DNA of 64,000 nt from Acidobacteriota bacterium. GTDB lineage: Bacteria; Acidobacteriota; Thermoanaerobaculia; Multivoradales; J023. Location of the stretch: assembly GCA_038748685.1 (NCBI GenBank), contig JBCDIS010000006.1:5185-69184 (forward strand), given 5' to 3'. Positions within the stretch are counted from its first letter, which is position 1. The number at the start of each line of letters is the position of its first letter. The notes under the pieces are model-generated. The model worked only from the letters and a program-made list of their open reading frames with translations, searched no databases and had not been told where the DNA came from. Position numbers and translations under genes: made by a program. This document shows positions 1 through 12,520 of the stretch, in pieces.

Positions 1-306
1 CTCACGATGATCCTGAGGATTGCCCTGGAGAACACGGAAGACTTCCGCTGGCTAGCGCAGCTGATCGCCGCCGACGCGGGGAATACGCTGCCAAGACGCA
101 GCTCCGGCGAAGCGGCTTCACTATGAGCTCGCTGCGAACCGTGCATCCATCCGCCATCCTGCTCGAATGTTCTGGTTGCGGAACACCGCAGCAAATCCTT
201 CTACGGTCCATGGCCCCGTTCCCTGCGACCCAACCCTCGACCCCCACCGGCGTCGGCACCCGCCGAGCCCCCGCCGGACTGGACGCCTTTTTTCTCGGAG
301 CCACCG

Positions 307-1827
307 ATGTCCAATGACGAGCGCTACCGTCGCCTGTTCGAGGAGTCCCGCGACGCTATCCTGATCGGCACCCTCGACGGTCGACTCCAGGACGCCAACC
401 CCGCGGCCGTCGCCCTCTTCGACTACGACTCGAGGGCCGCGATGCTCGAAATCGACATCGCCCGGGACCTCTATTGGAACCCCGAGGACCGCAAGCGCAC
501 CCAGGCCCTCTTCGTGTCCCAGGGCTATCTTGAGGACATGGAGATCGAGCTCAAGACCCGCAGCGGGCGACGGCTCCGGGTGGAAGAGAGCTCGTCCGCC
601 GTGCGCGACGGGGACGGCGAGATCGTCGGCTTCCGCAGTATCCTGCGGGACATCACCGAACACCGGCGCCTGGAGGAACAGCTCCGGCAATCCCAGAAGA
701 TGGAGGCGGTGGGCCGCCTCGCCGGGGGCGTGGCTCACGACTTCAACAACCTGCTCACCGCCATCAACGGCTACAGCGAGCTCGCCCTCGCCCGCATGGG
801 GGAAGACGACGCGCAGCGCAACGCGGTCGAGGAGATCCGCAAGGCTGGCAAGCGGGCCACCGACCTAACCCGCAGTCTCCTCACCCTGAGTCGGCACCAG
901 GTGGTCTCCCCTAGAAGAATCTGTCTCAACCGAGCGGTGGCGGACATGGAGAAGCTGCTGGAACGGGTGATCGGCGAAGACATTCGCCTCGGCACCGAGC
1001 TGGCGGACGACTTGCCCCATATCTACGCCGACCAGGGGCAGCTCGAGCAGATCATCCTCAACCTGGCGGTGAACGCCCGCGACGCGATGCCGGAAGGTGG
1101 CAGGCTGTCCCTCTCGACCCAGCGGGTGCGCATGCCGGCGGACGACGGCACCCTGCCCCAGGTTCCGGTAGCCGGCGAATACGTGCTCCTGCAGGTCGCG
1201 GACACCGGTTTCGGCATGGAGAGCAAGGTCCGCGAGCACGCGTTCGAGCCGTTCTTCACCACCAAAGGCCAAGGCCATAACACCGGCCTCGGCCTGGCGA
1301 TCGTCTACGGCATCGTGAAGCAGAGCGGCGGGCACATCGAGGTCGAGAGTCGGGAAAGCGAGGGCACCGTCTTCCACCTCTTCTTCCCGATCCACGTGCC
1401 CAAGAAGCCTCGGCTTCCAGACCAGAGCGGGTCGGTTACCGAACCCCTGCCCAGGGGCTCGGAGACCGTACTGCTGGTGGAGGACGAAACCTCGGTCCGT
1501 ACCCTGGTGAGGCAGATCCTGGAGCTCCAGGGCTACCAAGTCATGGCGGCCCGCAACGCCCGCGCCGCCGAGGCCCTCTGCGACGAGCACGACGGGCAGC
1601 CGGACCTGCTGCTCACCGACGTGGTGATGCCCGGCCGCAGCGGCCTCGCCCTCGCCGAAGATCTCCAGCAGCGATACCGGGACCTCAAGATCCTCTTCAT
1701 GTCCGGCTACACCGACAGCCACACCGGCGTGAAGCTGCTCACCCAGCGCCAGGCCGCGTTCCTCGCCAAACCCTTCTCTCCGGAAATCCTGGCGAGGAAG
1801 GTCCGCGAGGTGATCGACGGCCCCTGA
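307..1827 (+). CDS. PAS-domain hybrid sensor histidine kinase/response regulator (CckA-like)
   Basis: N-terminal PAS (LFEESRDAI...NPAA), H-box AHDFNNLL, N-box NLAVNARDAM, FEPFFTTK/GLGL boxes, C-terminal receiver (LLVED, DVVMPG, AKPF); GGAG RBS upstream. Confidence 0.92.
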   Translation: MSNDERYRRLFEESRDAILIGTLDGRLQDANPAAVALFDYDSRAAMLEIDIARDLYWNPEDRKRTQALFVSQGYLEDMEIELKTRSGRRLRVEESSSAVRDGDGEIVGFRSILRDITEHRRLEEQLRQSQKMEAVGRLAGGVAHDFNNLLTAINGYSELALARMGEDDAQRNAVEEIRKAGKRATDLTRSLLTLSRHQVVSPRRICLNRAVADMEKLLERVIGEDIRLGTELADDLPHIYADQGQLEQIILNLAVNARDAMPEGGRLSLSTQRVRMPADDGTLPQVPVAGEYVLLQVADTGFGMESKVREHAFEPFFTTKGQGHNTGLGLAIVYGIVKQSGGHIEVESRESEGTVFHLFFPIHVPKKPRLPDQSGSVTEPLPRGSETVLLVEDETSVRTLVRQILELQGYQVMAARNARAAEALCDEHDGQPDLLLTDVVMPGRSGLALAEDLQQRYRDLKILFMSGYTDSHTGVKLLTQRQAAFLAKPFSPEILARKVREVIDGP

Positions 1828-1949
1828 GGCTCAGACCCGGTTCATCGAGGGGCCCGGGCCCCAGGACCAGGGGAGCGAGGCGGCGTGGTCGGGAGAGCCC
1901 TTGGCCCCATTCCTTCGCGTCGCGCGCACCGGCGTCGGGGGGTCTCGTC

Positions 1950-2017
1950 TTTAAAAAACCGGATTTTCTTGGTACTATTTCGGTCCTTCGCCCTCCAGCC
2001 CACATCCGATTCGGATG
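1950..2017 (+). promoter_or_regulatory. Putative suf promoter / Rrf2 operator region
   Basis: AT-rich island TTTAAAAAACCGGATTTTCTTGGTACTATT with -10-like TACTAT, then palindrome CATCCGA-T-TCGGATG (2003-2017), upstream of the Rrf2 gene. Confidence 0.4.
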
Positions 2018-2059
2018 GGTCCCGCGAATATCGAGACAAGGGCTCCAGGAAGCACCCAC

Positions 2060-2533
2060 ATGCTACGAATGACCAAACAGGCCGATTACGGGATCGTGCT
2101 GCTATCCCGCATGGCGCAGGATCCGGGTCGACGTTTCGCCGCCCCTGAACTGGCCGAGCTGACCCGCCTACCCCTTCCCACCGTGAGCAAGGTTCTCAAG
2201 CTTCTGGGGCGCGGCGGCCTCCTCCAATCCCACCGCGGTGTGAAGGGGGGGTATAGCCTGGCGGCCATGCCCACGGACATCACGGTCGCCCAGATGATCC
2301 AAGTCCTGGACGGCCCGATCGCCTTCACCGAGTGCATCGAGGATACGCCCGGGGAATGCAGCCAAGAGGCATTCTGCTCAATCCGGGGAAACTGGCAGCG
2401 CATCAACCGAGCGGTACGGCAGGCCCTGGAGGCCATCTCCCTCGCCGACCTCTGCGATCAGCAGCATCCGCCGTTGATCCAGCTCGGTTCGGGGCGGCCC
2501 CAGCGCAACACAGACTCCCCCGAACTGCGCTGA
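2060..2533 (+). CDS. SUF-system Rrf2-family Fe-S cluster assembly regulator
   Basis: MLRMTKQADYG start, HTH, SHRGVKGGYSL motif, three Cys (C-x7-C-x5-C); first gene of the suf operon. Confidence 0.9.
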   Translation: MLRMTKQADYGIVLLSRMAQDPGRRFAAPELAELTRLPLPTVSKVLKLLGRGGLLQSHRGVKGGYSLAAMPTDITVAQMIQVLDGPIAFTECIEDTPGECSQEAFCSIRGNWQRINRAVRQALEAISLADLCDQQHPPLIQLGSGRPQRNTDSPELR

Positions 2534-2644
2534 AATCGACCCTCCGCATTACGCCGCCGCACCGGCGTACCGTCCGAAACCACGATTCGACCCGATAGCG
2601 AAAGCATCCCGGAGCACCCTCGCTCCGTATCCTGGGGAAACGAT

Positions 2645-4093
<1,449 letters not shown>

Positions 4094-4155
4094 CGTTCGC
4101 CCGTTTACCGATTCCAACGACCTGACCACGAAGCGATATTCGGAGACCTAGCTAC

Positions 4156-4929
<774 letters not shown>

Positions 4930-4943
4930 GCGGAGGCAGAACC

Positions 4944-6272
4944 ATGGTCGCGCTTGCAGAAAGACATGCCCTCGTCGCCGACTACGGTACCTTTGAAGCC
5001 GGTCTACCGGCGCAGCCCGCCGAGGTGGTGGCCCTGCGTCGACGGGGCCTCGAACGCTTTGAAACGATCGGCTTTCCCACCACCCGGATCGAAGAATGGC
5101 GCCACACCAACGTCAGACCGATCGCCCAGCGGAGCTATCGTCGGGCGGGCGGTGAGCGACTGGGGCTCGACGCCGGCAAGATCGTTCCCTTTCTAATCCC
5201 CGAATGCATCGATCTGGTCTTCGTCAACGGACGCTACTCGGCGGAGCTCTCGCAGCCCGAAGCCCTCCCCGAAGGGGTTTTCGCCGGCAGCATGGCCAGG
5301 GCCCTCGAAGACGTCCCGGAGCTGGTGACACCCCACCTCGGCAAGTACGCCGACATCGACCATCCCTTCGTCGCCCTGAACACCGCCCACGTCGAGGACG
5401 GGGCCTTCATCCACGTGCCGAAGGGCGTGCGGCTGGAGAGGACCCTGCACCTCCTCTTCGTCGGCACCGCGGACGACGAGGCCACCGTCTCCTATCCGCG
5501 CAACCTGATCGTCGCCGGTGAGAGCGCCGAGCTGACGGTGGTGGAAAGCTACGCCGGCTTCGCCGGAGACGTTTACTTCACCTGCCCGGTCACCGAGATC
5601 TACGGCGCCGCCAACTCGGTGGTGGATCACTACCGCCTCGGGGAGGAAAGCGTAGACGCCTACCACCTGGCGACCCTAAAGATCCACCTTGAGCGGGACG
5701 CCAGCTTCTTCACCCATTCGGTCAACCATGGCGGCGCCATCGTCCGCAACGACATCCAGGCCTGGCTCGGCGGTGAAGGTATCAACTGCACCCTCAACGG
5801 CCTGTACCTGGGTCGCGGTAAGCAGTTCGTGGACCACCACATGTGGGTCGACCACGCGACCCCGAACTGCAACAGCTACGAGCTCTTCAAGGGCATTCTG
5901 GAGGATCAGTCGCGGGCGGTGTTCAACGGCCGCATCAAGGTCCACGAAGACGCCCAGAAGACCGACGCCAAGCAGTCTAGCCAGCACCTCCTGCTCTCGA
6001 AGGGCGCCCTCGCCCACTCGAACCCACAGCTCGAGATCTTCGCCGACGACGTCAAATGCACCCACGGCTCCACCACCGGACACCTCTCGGACGAGGCCAT
6101 CTTCTACCTGCGCTCCCGGGGCATCGGGGAGGACGCCGCCAAGAGTCTGCTGACCTACGCCTTCGCCGGCGAGGTCCTCGGCGAGATCCGTCTCGAAACG
6201 GTCCGCAAGGATCTCGAAGAGTTCCTCTTCACCCGCCTGCCCAAGGGCGACGTGGTGCGGCAGGCGGTCTGA
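4944..6272 (+). CDS. sufD: Fe-S cluster assembly protein SufD
   Basis: PTTRIEEWRHT, VFNGRI, AQKTDA, PQLEIFADDVKCTHG, FYLRSRGI. Confidence 0.96.
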   Translation: MVALAERHALVADYGTFEAGLPAQPAEVVALRRRGLERFETIGFPTTRIEEWRHTNVRPIAQRSYRRAGGERLGLDAGKIVPFLIPECIDLVFVNGRYSAELSQPEALPEGVFAGSMARALEDVPELVTPHLGKYADIDHPFVALNTAHVEDGAFIHVPKGVRLERTLHLLFVGTADDEATVSYPRNLIVAGESAELTVVESYAGFAGDVYFTCPVTEIYGAANSVVDHYRLGEESVDAYHLATLKIHLERDASFFTHSVNHGGAIVRNDIQAWLGGEGINCTLNGLYLGRGKQFVDHHMWVDHATPNCNSYELFKGILEDQSRAVFNGRIKVHEDAQKTDAKQSSQHLLLSKGALAHSNPQLEIFADDVKCTHGSTTGHLSDEAIFYLRSRGIGEDAAKSLLTYAFAGEVLGEIRLETVRKDLEEFLFTRLPKGDVVRQAV

Positions 6273-6279
6273 GGAGGGG

Positions 6280-7578
6280 ATGGCGGTGGAAGCTCAAGCC
6301 ACGGATGTGACCGGCCGGTCGACGGCCGGGGCACAGAAGCGACCGAAGCCCGACTTCGACGTCGACGCGGTGCGCCGGGACTTCCCGGCCCTGCACCAGG
6401 AGATCCACGGTCGTCCCCTCGTCTACCTCGACAGCGCCGCGTCGAGCCATAAGCCCCAGGCGGTGCTCGACGCGGTGTCGAAGATCTATGGGCGGGACTA
6501 TTCGAACGTCCACCGCGGGGTGCATACGCTCTCCCAGCGGGCCACCGACGCCTACGAGTCGGCCCGTTCTACGGTGCGCCGCTTCGTCGGGGCCCGGCGG
6601 GACGAGGAGATCGTCTTCGTGCGGGGCACCACGGAGGCCATCAACCTCGTGGCCCACAGCTTCGTCGCACCGCGGCTCTCCCCCGGCGACGAGGTGGTGG
6701 TCTCCCACATGGAGCACCACTCCAACATCGTCCCTTGGCAGCTGCTATGCGAGCGGGTCGGCGCCCGCCTCGTGGTGGTGCCGATCGACGACCGCGGCCA
6801 GCTCGACCTGGACACCTACGCCGGCCTCCTCGGGGAGCGGGTAAAGCTGGTTTCGATGGCCCACATCTCCAACGCCCTGGGGACCATCAACCCGGTCCGG
6901 CGGGTCGTGGAGCTGGCCCACGCCCAGGGAATCCCGGTACTCCTCGACGGCGCCCAGGGGGTGCCCCACGGCGGCGTCGACGTCGCCGAGCTGGGGTGCG
7001 ACTTCTACGCCTTCTCCGGCCACAAGGTCTACGGACCCTCGGGTATCGGTGCCCTCTACGGCAAGCACGAGCTGCTCGCCGACATGCGCCCCTACCAGGG
7101 CGGCGGCGACATGATCCGCACCGTCAGCTTCGCGGGATCTGAGTTCGCCCCTCCCCCCACGCGGTTCGAGGCGGGCACCCCCAACATCGCCGGCGCCGTG
7201 GGCCTGGCGGCGGCCCTCGACTACCTGACCCGGCTCGGCGCCGACGCCGTGGCCGTCCACGAGGACGACCTCCTGGCCTACGCCACCTCCCGCCTGGAGG
7301 AGCTTCCGCAGGTCGAGATCGTCGGCACCGCCGAGCACAAGGCCTCCGTGGTGTCTTTCGTCCTGGACGGGGTCCACCCCCACGACATCGGGACCATTCT
7401 CGACCACCAAGGCATCGCCGTGCGGGCGGGCCACCACTGCGCCCAGCCGGTCATGGAGCGATTCAGCGTCCCCGCCACCACCCGCGCCTCCTTCGGCGTT
7501 TATAACACCCGCCACGAAGTCGACCGCTTGATCGACGGCATCGCCGAGACCCTGGAGATGTTCGGATGTCGGACCTGA
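6280..7578 (+). CDS. sufS: Cysteine desulfurase SufS
   Basis: YLDSAASSHKP, NVHRGVH, EHHSN, SGHK (PLP Lys), RAGHHCA (catalytic Cys, group II). Confidence 0.97.
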   Translation: MAVEAQATDVTGRSTAGAQKRPKPDFDVDAVRRDFPALHQEIHGRPLVYLDSAASSHKPQAVLDAVSKIYGRDYSNVHRGVHTLSQRATDAYESARSTVRRFVGARRDEEIVFVRGTTEAINLVAHSFVAPRLSPGDEVVVSHMEHHSNIVPWQLLCERVGARLVVVPIDDRGQLDLDTYAGLLGERVKLVSMAHISNALGTINPVRRVVELAHAQGIPVLLDGAQGVPHGGVDVAELGCDFYAFSGHKVYGPSGIGALYGKHELLADMRPYQGGGDMIRTVSFAGSEFAPPPTRFEAGTPNIAGAVGLAAALDYLTRLGADAVAVHEDDLLAYATSRLEELPQVEIVGTAEHKASVVSFVLDGVHPHDIGTILDHQGIAVRAGHHCAQPVMERFSVPATTRASFGVYNTRHEVDRLIDGIAETLEMFGCRT

Positions 7579-8012
7579 GGCAGCTCTACCAGGAGATCAT
7601 CCTCGACCACTACCGGTCGCCGCGCAACTTCGGTCCTCTGGAAGACGCCAATCACGACGCCTGCGGCCACAATCCCCTGTGTGGAGATCGGGTCCAGGTC
7701 TTCCTCAAGGTCGAAGACGGCAAGGTCCACGACATCGCCTTCGAAGGGGCCGGCTGCGCCATCTCCACCGCCTCGGCGTCGTTGATGAGCGAGGCGGTCA
7801 AGGGCAAGGACGTCGACGAGGCTCGGGATCTCTTCGAGCGTTTCCACGACATGGTCACCGGAGTCGAGGACGTAGGCGAGCACGACCTCGGCAAGCTGGA
7901 AGCCCTCGCCGGCGTGCGGGATCTGCCGGTTCGGATCAAATGTGCCACCCTCGCCTGGCATACCTTCCGCGCCGCCCTGGAGCAAAACCCGGAAAGCATC
8001 AGCACCGAATAG
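7566..8012 (+). CDS. sufU: SUF-system sulfur-transfer protein SufU
   Basis: LYQEIILDH, NPLCGD, GCAISTASAS, RIKCATL; overlaps the sufS end. Confidence 0.95.
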   Translation: MSDLRQLYQEIILDHYRSPRNFGPLEDANHDACGHNPLCGDRVQVFLKVEDGKVHDIAFEGAGCAISTASASLMSEAVKGKDVDEARDLFERFHDMVTGVEDVGEHDLGKLEALAGVRDLPVRIKCATLAWHTFRAALEQNPESISTE

Positions 8013-8056
8013 GTTCCCAGAGGACCGATGGAGATCCCTACGATGACACCCCTGCG

Positions 8057-8425
8057 ATGGACACAATTGCCGTGACAAACACCGATGCCGTGACGAACCC
8101 CGACGCCGCCGCGGACGGAAAGACCCTCGAAGAACGGGTCGTCGAAGCGATCAAGACCGTCTACGACCCCGAGATCCCGGTCAACATCTACGAGCTCGGC
8201 CTGATCTACAGCGTCGACGTCGACAAGGCCCACGGCCACGCCGACATCACCATGACCCTCACGTCCCCCGCCTGCCCGGTGGCCGGGACCCTCCCGGGTG
8301 AGGTGGAGGCTCGGGTGGAGGGAGTCCCGGGCATCGACACCGCCACCGTCGAGATCGTCTGGGATCCGGAGTGGAACCCGAGCATGATGTCCGAGGCGGC
8401 GCGCCTCGAGCTCGGCATGTTCTAA
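8057..8425 (+). CDS. DUF59 / SufT-like Fe-S assembly protein
   Basis: C-terminal part of ORF 7679..8425: VYDPEIPVNIYELGLIY, MTLTSPACP, WDPEW; start codon uncertain. Confidence 0.9.
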   Translation: MDTIAVTNTDAVTNPDAAADGKTLEERVVEAIKTVYDPEIPVNIYELGLIYSVDVDKAHGHADITMTLTSPACPVAGTLPGEVEARVEGVPGIDTATVEIVWDPEWNPSMMSEAARLELGMF

Positions 8426-8446
8426 GTCCTCCTCCGGGGCCGTACG

Positions 8447-8475
8447 AAGGGCGCCCCATCGGAGCGCCCTTTTTC
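8447..8475 (+). terminator. Intrinsic terminator of the suf operon
   Basis: AAGGGCGC-loop-GCGCCCTT stem followed by a T-run, ~20 nt after the stop codon. Confidence 0.8.
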
Positions 8476-8604
8476 CGTTGCACGGAGATAGGCGTACGTT
8501 CATCAGGAACCGCCGACGCAGCCCCCTTTCGCGGGGGCGGGCTGGGTAGGCAGGGCTGCACCGATGGCCCGAAATCTCCCGCCGGCCCGCGATAGAGTCC
8601 GCCC

Positions 8605-9591
8605 ATGGGAACCCCAGAGCCGACCCACGCCGCCGTCCCGCCGGTGGTCCGATCCACCCTCGACCTCATCGGCTCGACCCCCATGATCGAGCTTTGCCGA
8701 TTCGAGCCGGAGGGTAGGGGAGCCCTCTTCGCCAAGCTGGAGTGGTTCACCCCCGGCGGCAGCATCAAGGACCGCACCGGCCTCGGCATGATCCTGTGGG
8801 CAGAAGAGGAGGGACTCATCGGCCCCGGAAGCACCCTCGTGGAGCCCACCGCCGGCAACACCGGCATCGGCCTGGCGCTGGTGGGGGTGCAGCGCGGCTA
8901 CGACGTGATCCTGTGCGTCGCCGAGAGCTACTCGATCGAGAAGGTGAAGCTGATGGAGGCCCTCGGCGCGACGGTGGTACGGACCCCGGGGGAAGACGGC
9001 ATGGGGGGCGCCATCGAACGGGCCCACGGAATCGCAGCCGAGATCCCGGGGGCGTTCGTCCCGCAGCAGTTCCAGAGCGCCGGGAATCCGGCGATCCACG
9101 AGCAGACCACCGGCCCCGAGATCTGGCGGCAGATGGACGGGCGGGTGGACGCCGTGGTGATCGGAGTCGGCAGCGGCGGCACCTTCACGGGGGTGTCGAG
9201 GTACCTCAAACAGCGAAATCCCGACGTCCACTGCGTCGCCGTGGAGACCAACGGCTCGATTCTCCAGGGGGGCGATCCGGGACCCCACGAGGTGGAGGGC
9301 ATCGGCGTCTCGTTCATCCCCGATGTCCTCGACCTCGATCTGGCGGACGAGATCATCATGGTCCACGACGACGACTCCTTCGGCACCGCCAAGTCCCTGG
9401 CCGCCACCGAAGGTCTGCTGGTGGCGGGTTCCTCCGGCGCCAACGCCTTCGCCGCCCTCACCGTCGCCAGGCGGCTCGGCCCCGGCAAGCGGGTGGCCAC
9501 GATCTTCCCCGATACCGCCGAACGGTATCTATCCAAGGGCCGCCTGGGCGGACCGCCTACCGACGACGAACCGCCGGCGGCAGAGGGCTAG
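8605..9591 (+). CDS. PLP-dependent cysteine synthase family enzyme (CysK / MccA-like cystathionine beta-synthase)
   Basis: AKLE..PGGSIKDR (PLP Lys), EPTAGNTG, GSGGT, EGIG, PDTAERYLSK. Confidence 0.9.
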   Translation: MGTPEPTHAAVPPVVRSTLDLIGSTPMIELCRFEPEGRGALFAKLEWFTPGGSIKDRTGLGMILWAEEEGLIGPGSTLVEPTAGNTGIGLALVGVQRGYDVILCVAESYSIEKVKLMEALGATVVRTPGEDGMGGAIERAHGIAAEIPGAFVPQQFQSAGNPAIHEQTTGPEIWRQMDGRVDAVVIGVGSGGTFTGVSRYLKQRNPDVHCVAVETNGSILQGGDPGPHEVEGIGVSFIPDVLDLDLADEIIMVHDDDSFGTAKSLAATEGLLVAGSSGANAFAALTVARRLGPGKRVATIFPDTAERYLSKGRLGGPPTDDEPPAAEG

Positions 9592-10706
9592 GACCGGACC
9601 AAGCCCCAAAGCAGGCGGGGGGCGGTGGGCCCCAGGGACATCGGCGCTGCCGCGCGGCAGTGGACCGCCAGGAAGCGTTCGAAGAGATCCGGATCGGCGG
9701 CGAGGGCGCGGAAGGCACGGCGACGCAGGCGGGGTCGTCCTTCTAGCCAGAGCAGAAGCTCCGTCAACGCCAGGGGAACCCGACCGATCCTTCGGTGCAG
9801 TCGCCGGTAGTCGTCGAGCTTTCCGCCGGCGATCGCCTCCGCTAGGGCTGCGGCCTGATGGAACGCCATAGAGAGGCCCTCACCGGTGATCGCGTCGACG
9901 TAGCCCGAAGCGTCCCCCACCAGGGCCACCCGGCCGCGGACCACCGAACCCACACCTTGCCTCAAAGGCCCCGCCCCGCGATCCCGGGAGACGACCTCCG
10001 CACCCGAGAGGCGCTCTTCTAGCTCCGGGAACGTCCCCAGGAGATCGTCGAATCTCGCCTTGCGGTCCCGCCAGAGGATCGCGACGCCGACCTCATCGGG
10101 GGCCACCGGCGTCACATACGCTTCGGCGTGGTCGGACCAGTGGACCTCCACCAGGTCGGTCCACGGCGCCAGGGCGACGTGGCGCCGAACGCCGAAGCGC
10201 TTCCGGCGGGCGGGCTTTGCTTCGACCCCGGCCCAGCGCCGCACCCGCGACAGCAGCCCGTCGGCCCCCACCACGACGTCCGCCCCCAGGTCTCCGCGTT
10301 CGGTGGTGACCCCCTCCACGGTGAGGCCGAGGACCCGGGTGCCCCAATCCAGGACCACCCCGAGGGCCTCCGCCCGCTCCACCATGGCGCGGTGGAGCCT
10401 CGGTCGGCGAATCCCGGCGCCGGCCACACCCCCTGGGAAGCGGCCCTCGATCCGGGTTTCGCCGTCAACGTAGCGAATTCCGCGGAAGGCTCTGAGATCC
10501 CCGTCCCCCAACTCGACCCCCATCCCCCGGAGACGCTCCAGGCCATCAGGCATAAGCCCTTCGCCGCAGGCCTTGTCGATCGGCGGCCTGCGGCGATCGA
10601 CGACCCGGACGTCGAGCCCCCGAAGCCGCCCTTCGATGGCCACCGCGAGGCCCGCCGGCCCGCCCCCCACCACCATCAGCCGGGCGGACCCGCGGACTCC
10701 GGTCAC
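9588..10706 (-). CDS. FAD-dependent monooxygenase/oxidoreductase (SrsC-like)
   Basis: GGGPAG Rossmann motif, DKACGEGL, GADG, LVGDASGYVDAITGEG; GTG start overlaps the FAAL stop (GTGA). Confidence 0.85.
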   Translation of the reverse strand: MTGVRGSARLMVVGGGPAGLAVAIEGRLRGLDVRVVDRRRPPIDKACGEGLMPDGLERLRGMGVELGDGDLRAFRGIRYVDGETRIEGRFPGGVAGAGIRRPRLHRAMVERAEALGVVLDWGTRVLGLTVEGVTTERGDLGADVVVGADGLLSRVRRWAGVEAKPARRKRFGVRRHVALAPWTDLVEVHWSDHAEAYVTPVAPDEVGVAILWRDRKARFDDLLGTFPELEERLSGAEVVSRDRGAGPLRQGVGSVVRGRVALVGDASGYVDAITGEGLSMAFHQAAALAEAIAGGKLDDYRRLHRRIGRVPLALTELLLWLEGRPRLRRRAFRALAADPDLFERFLAVHCRAAAPMSLGPTAPRLLWGLVRS

Positions 10707-12520
10707 CTCGACCCCCGGGACCGCCGCAGGGCCAGCGCCGACCGCGCCATCGCCCCGGCGATCAGCCACGGGGTCACGCGCTTCGGTGGGACCAACTCCC
10801 CCGACAGGTAGAGGCGCAGCGCCTCCCCCCGGCGCAGCTTGCCCGATGAGGTGCGGGGCAGGGTCCCAGGATCGAGGGGGACGACGGTCTCGGCGAGCAC
10901 TCCGACTTTGGCGAGGATCGCCTCCGTGACCCGCCGTTCCAAGGACTCCACGTCCCTCCGGTTCGCATCGGGGCGGAGCTCGAGGAGGATCATCAAACGT
11001 TCCCCTTCGCTCCCCTCCGGCACGTGACCCACCGCCACCCCGCAGCCCTTGCGAACGCCGGGGATGCCGTCCAGGGCCTGCTCGATATCCGCCGGCAGGT
11101 AGTTGCGGCCGCGGAGGATCACCAGATCCTTACCCCGGCCGGTCAGGTATAGCTCTCCGCCGTGGAGGAAGCCCTGGTCCCCGGTGTCGAGCCAGCCGTC
11201 GCGGACCGCGGTGGCCGTGGCTTCGGGGCGATCCAGGTAGCTGTCCATCAAGGAGGGGCCCCGGACCTCCACCCGGCCGACCCTCCCCTCGCCGAAGTGC
11301 TCCCCGCAGGGCCCCGAAACGCGAACGTCGGTCCCCGGCAGCGGTCGACCCACGGTGGGGAGCTCCACGCCGTCGGCGCGGAGCTCCGCCCATCCCTCCG
11401 CCAGACGCCCCCGGTCGAAACGCGCCGTGGTGAAGGGCCGATCGAGATCCGAGAAGGTAACCGCGAGGGTCGCCTCCGAAAGGCCGTAGACCGGCGTCAA
11501 CGCTTCTGGCCGAAACCCCCAACGCGCAAAACGTTCCTGGAAGCTGCGCAGCACGTTCGGCGACACCGGTTCGGCGCCGTTCAACGCCACCCGCCAGCCC
11601 GAGAGATCCACCCCTGCGAGCTCGTCGTCGCGGATCTTGTCAACACACAGGCCGAAGGCGAAGTTCGGGGCGACGGAGATGGTGGCTCGGTAGGTGGACA
11701 TCGCCCGCAGCCAGACCGCCGGCCGCGCCACGAAGACCTCGGGGCCGATCAGGGTCAGCACGCTGGGGCGCTCCAGGGCCGGGAACACGCAGCCGATGAG
11801 ACCCATGTCGTGGTAGAGGGGAAGCCAGCTGACCCCGCTGTGGCGGACGTCCTGGGTGTCGGGCCAGCAGGCGTTGAGGGCCCGTACCTGGGCGACGATG
11901 GCGCGGTGGGATAGGGCGACGGGTTTGGGATCGACGGTGGTGCCCGAGGAGAACTGCACCAGCGCCAGGTCCGAAGGCTCGACGTCGACCGGATCCGGAT
12001 ACAAACCCCCGGCTTCCGCCGACGCTCCGTTCTCCGCGGCGGACCCGGCCAGCAGCACGTCCCTCAGGGTCCGCCCCCCGAAATCCGGCTCGGCGGCGGC
12101 GAGGGTGGGCCCGAGGATCCTCAGCACCCGCGGATCCGCCAACACCAGCCGGGCCGAGGCGGCATCGAGCATGGTGGCGGTTCGGCGGTGGTACTCGTCG
12201 AGCCGGCCGAGACGCACCGGCGGGTACAGGGGAACCGGCACGGCCCCCGCCAAGAGGGCGCCGAAGAACCCGTGGAAGAAGCCGACGCCGGTGGGGAAGA
12301 TCAGCGCCACCCGCTGGCCGCGATGGACGCCGAGCTCCGAGAGCCCCGCCGCGACTTCGAGGGCCTTGGCCCGGAGGGTTCCCCAGGTCTCGAAGGCGGG
12401 CCGCTCCCGCCGATCGAGGAAGCGGAGCCCCACCTCGGGCCCACTTGAAGCGGCGGTGCAAAGCCAGCTCAGTAGGGTCCCTTCTTCGGCGACGGGGTGG
12501 GTGTCATCCGGATTCCGCAA
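10703..12520 (-). CDS. Fatty acyl-AMP ligase (FAAL)
   Basis: QFSSGTT..PK, WLPLYHDMGLIG, YGLSEATL followed by an FAAL-type insertion, TGDQG, PRTSSGK; likely TTG start at 12520 preceded by GGAGAG. Confidence 0.9.
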   Translation of the reverse strand: MRNPDDTHPVAEEGTLLSWLCTAASSGPEVGLRFLDRRERPAFETWGTLRAKALEVAAGLSELGVHRGQRVALIFPTGVGFFHGFFGALLAGAVPVPLYPPVRLGRLDEYHRRTATMLDAASARLVLADPRVLRILGPTLAAAEPDFGGRTLRDVLLAGSAAENGASAEAGGLYPDPVDVEPSDLALVQFSSGTTVDPKPVALSHRAIVAQVRALNACWPDTQDVRHSGVSWLPLYHDMGLIGCVFPALERPSVLTLIGPEVFVARPAVWLRAMSTYRATISVAPNFAFGLCVDKIRDDELAGVDLSGWRVALNGAEPVSPNVLRSFQERFARWGFRPEALTPVYGLSEATLAVTFSDLDRPFTTARFDRGRLAEGWAELRADGVELPTVGRPLPGTDVRVSGPCGEHFGEGRVGRVEVRGPSLMDSYLDRPEATATAVRDGWLDTGDQGFLHGGELYLTGRGKDLVILRGRNYLPADIEQALDGIPGVRKGCGVAVGHVPEGSEGERLMILLELRPDANRRDVESLERRVTEAILAKVGVLAETVVPLDPGTLPRTSSGKLRRGEALRLYLSGELVPPKRVTPWLIAGAMARSALALRRSRGSR

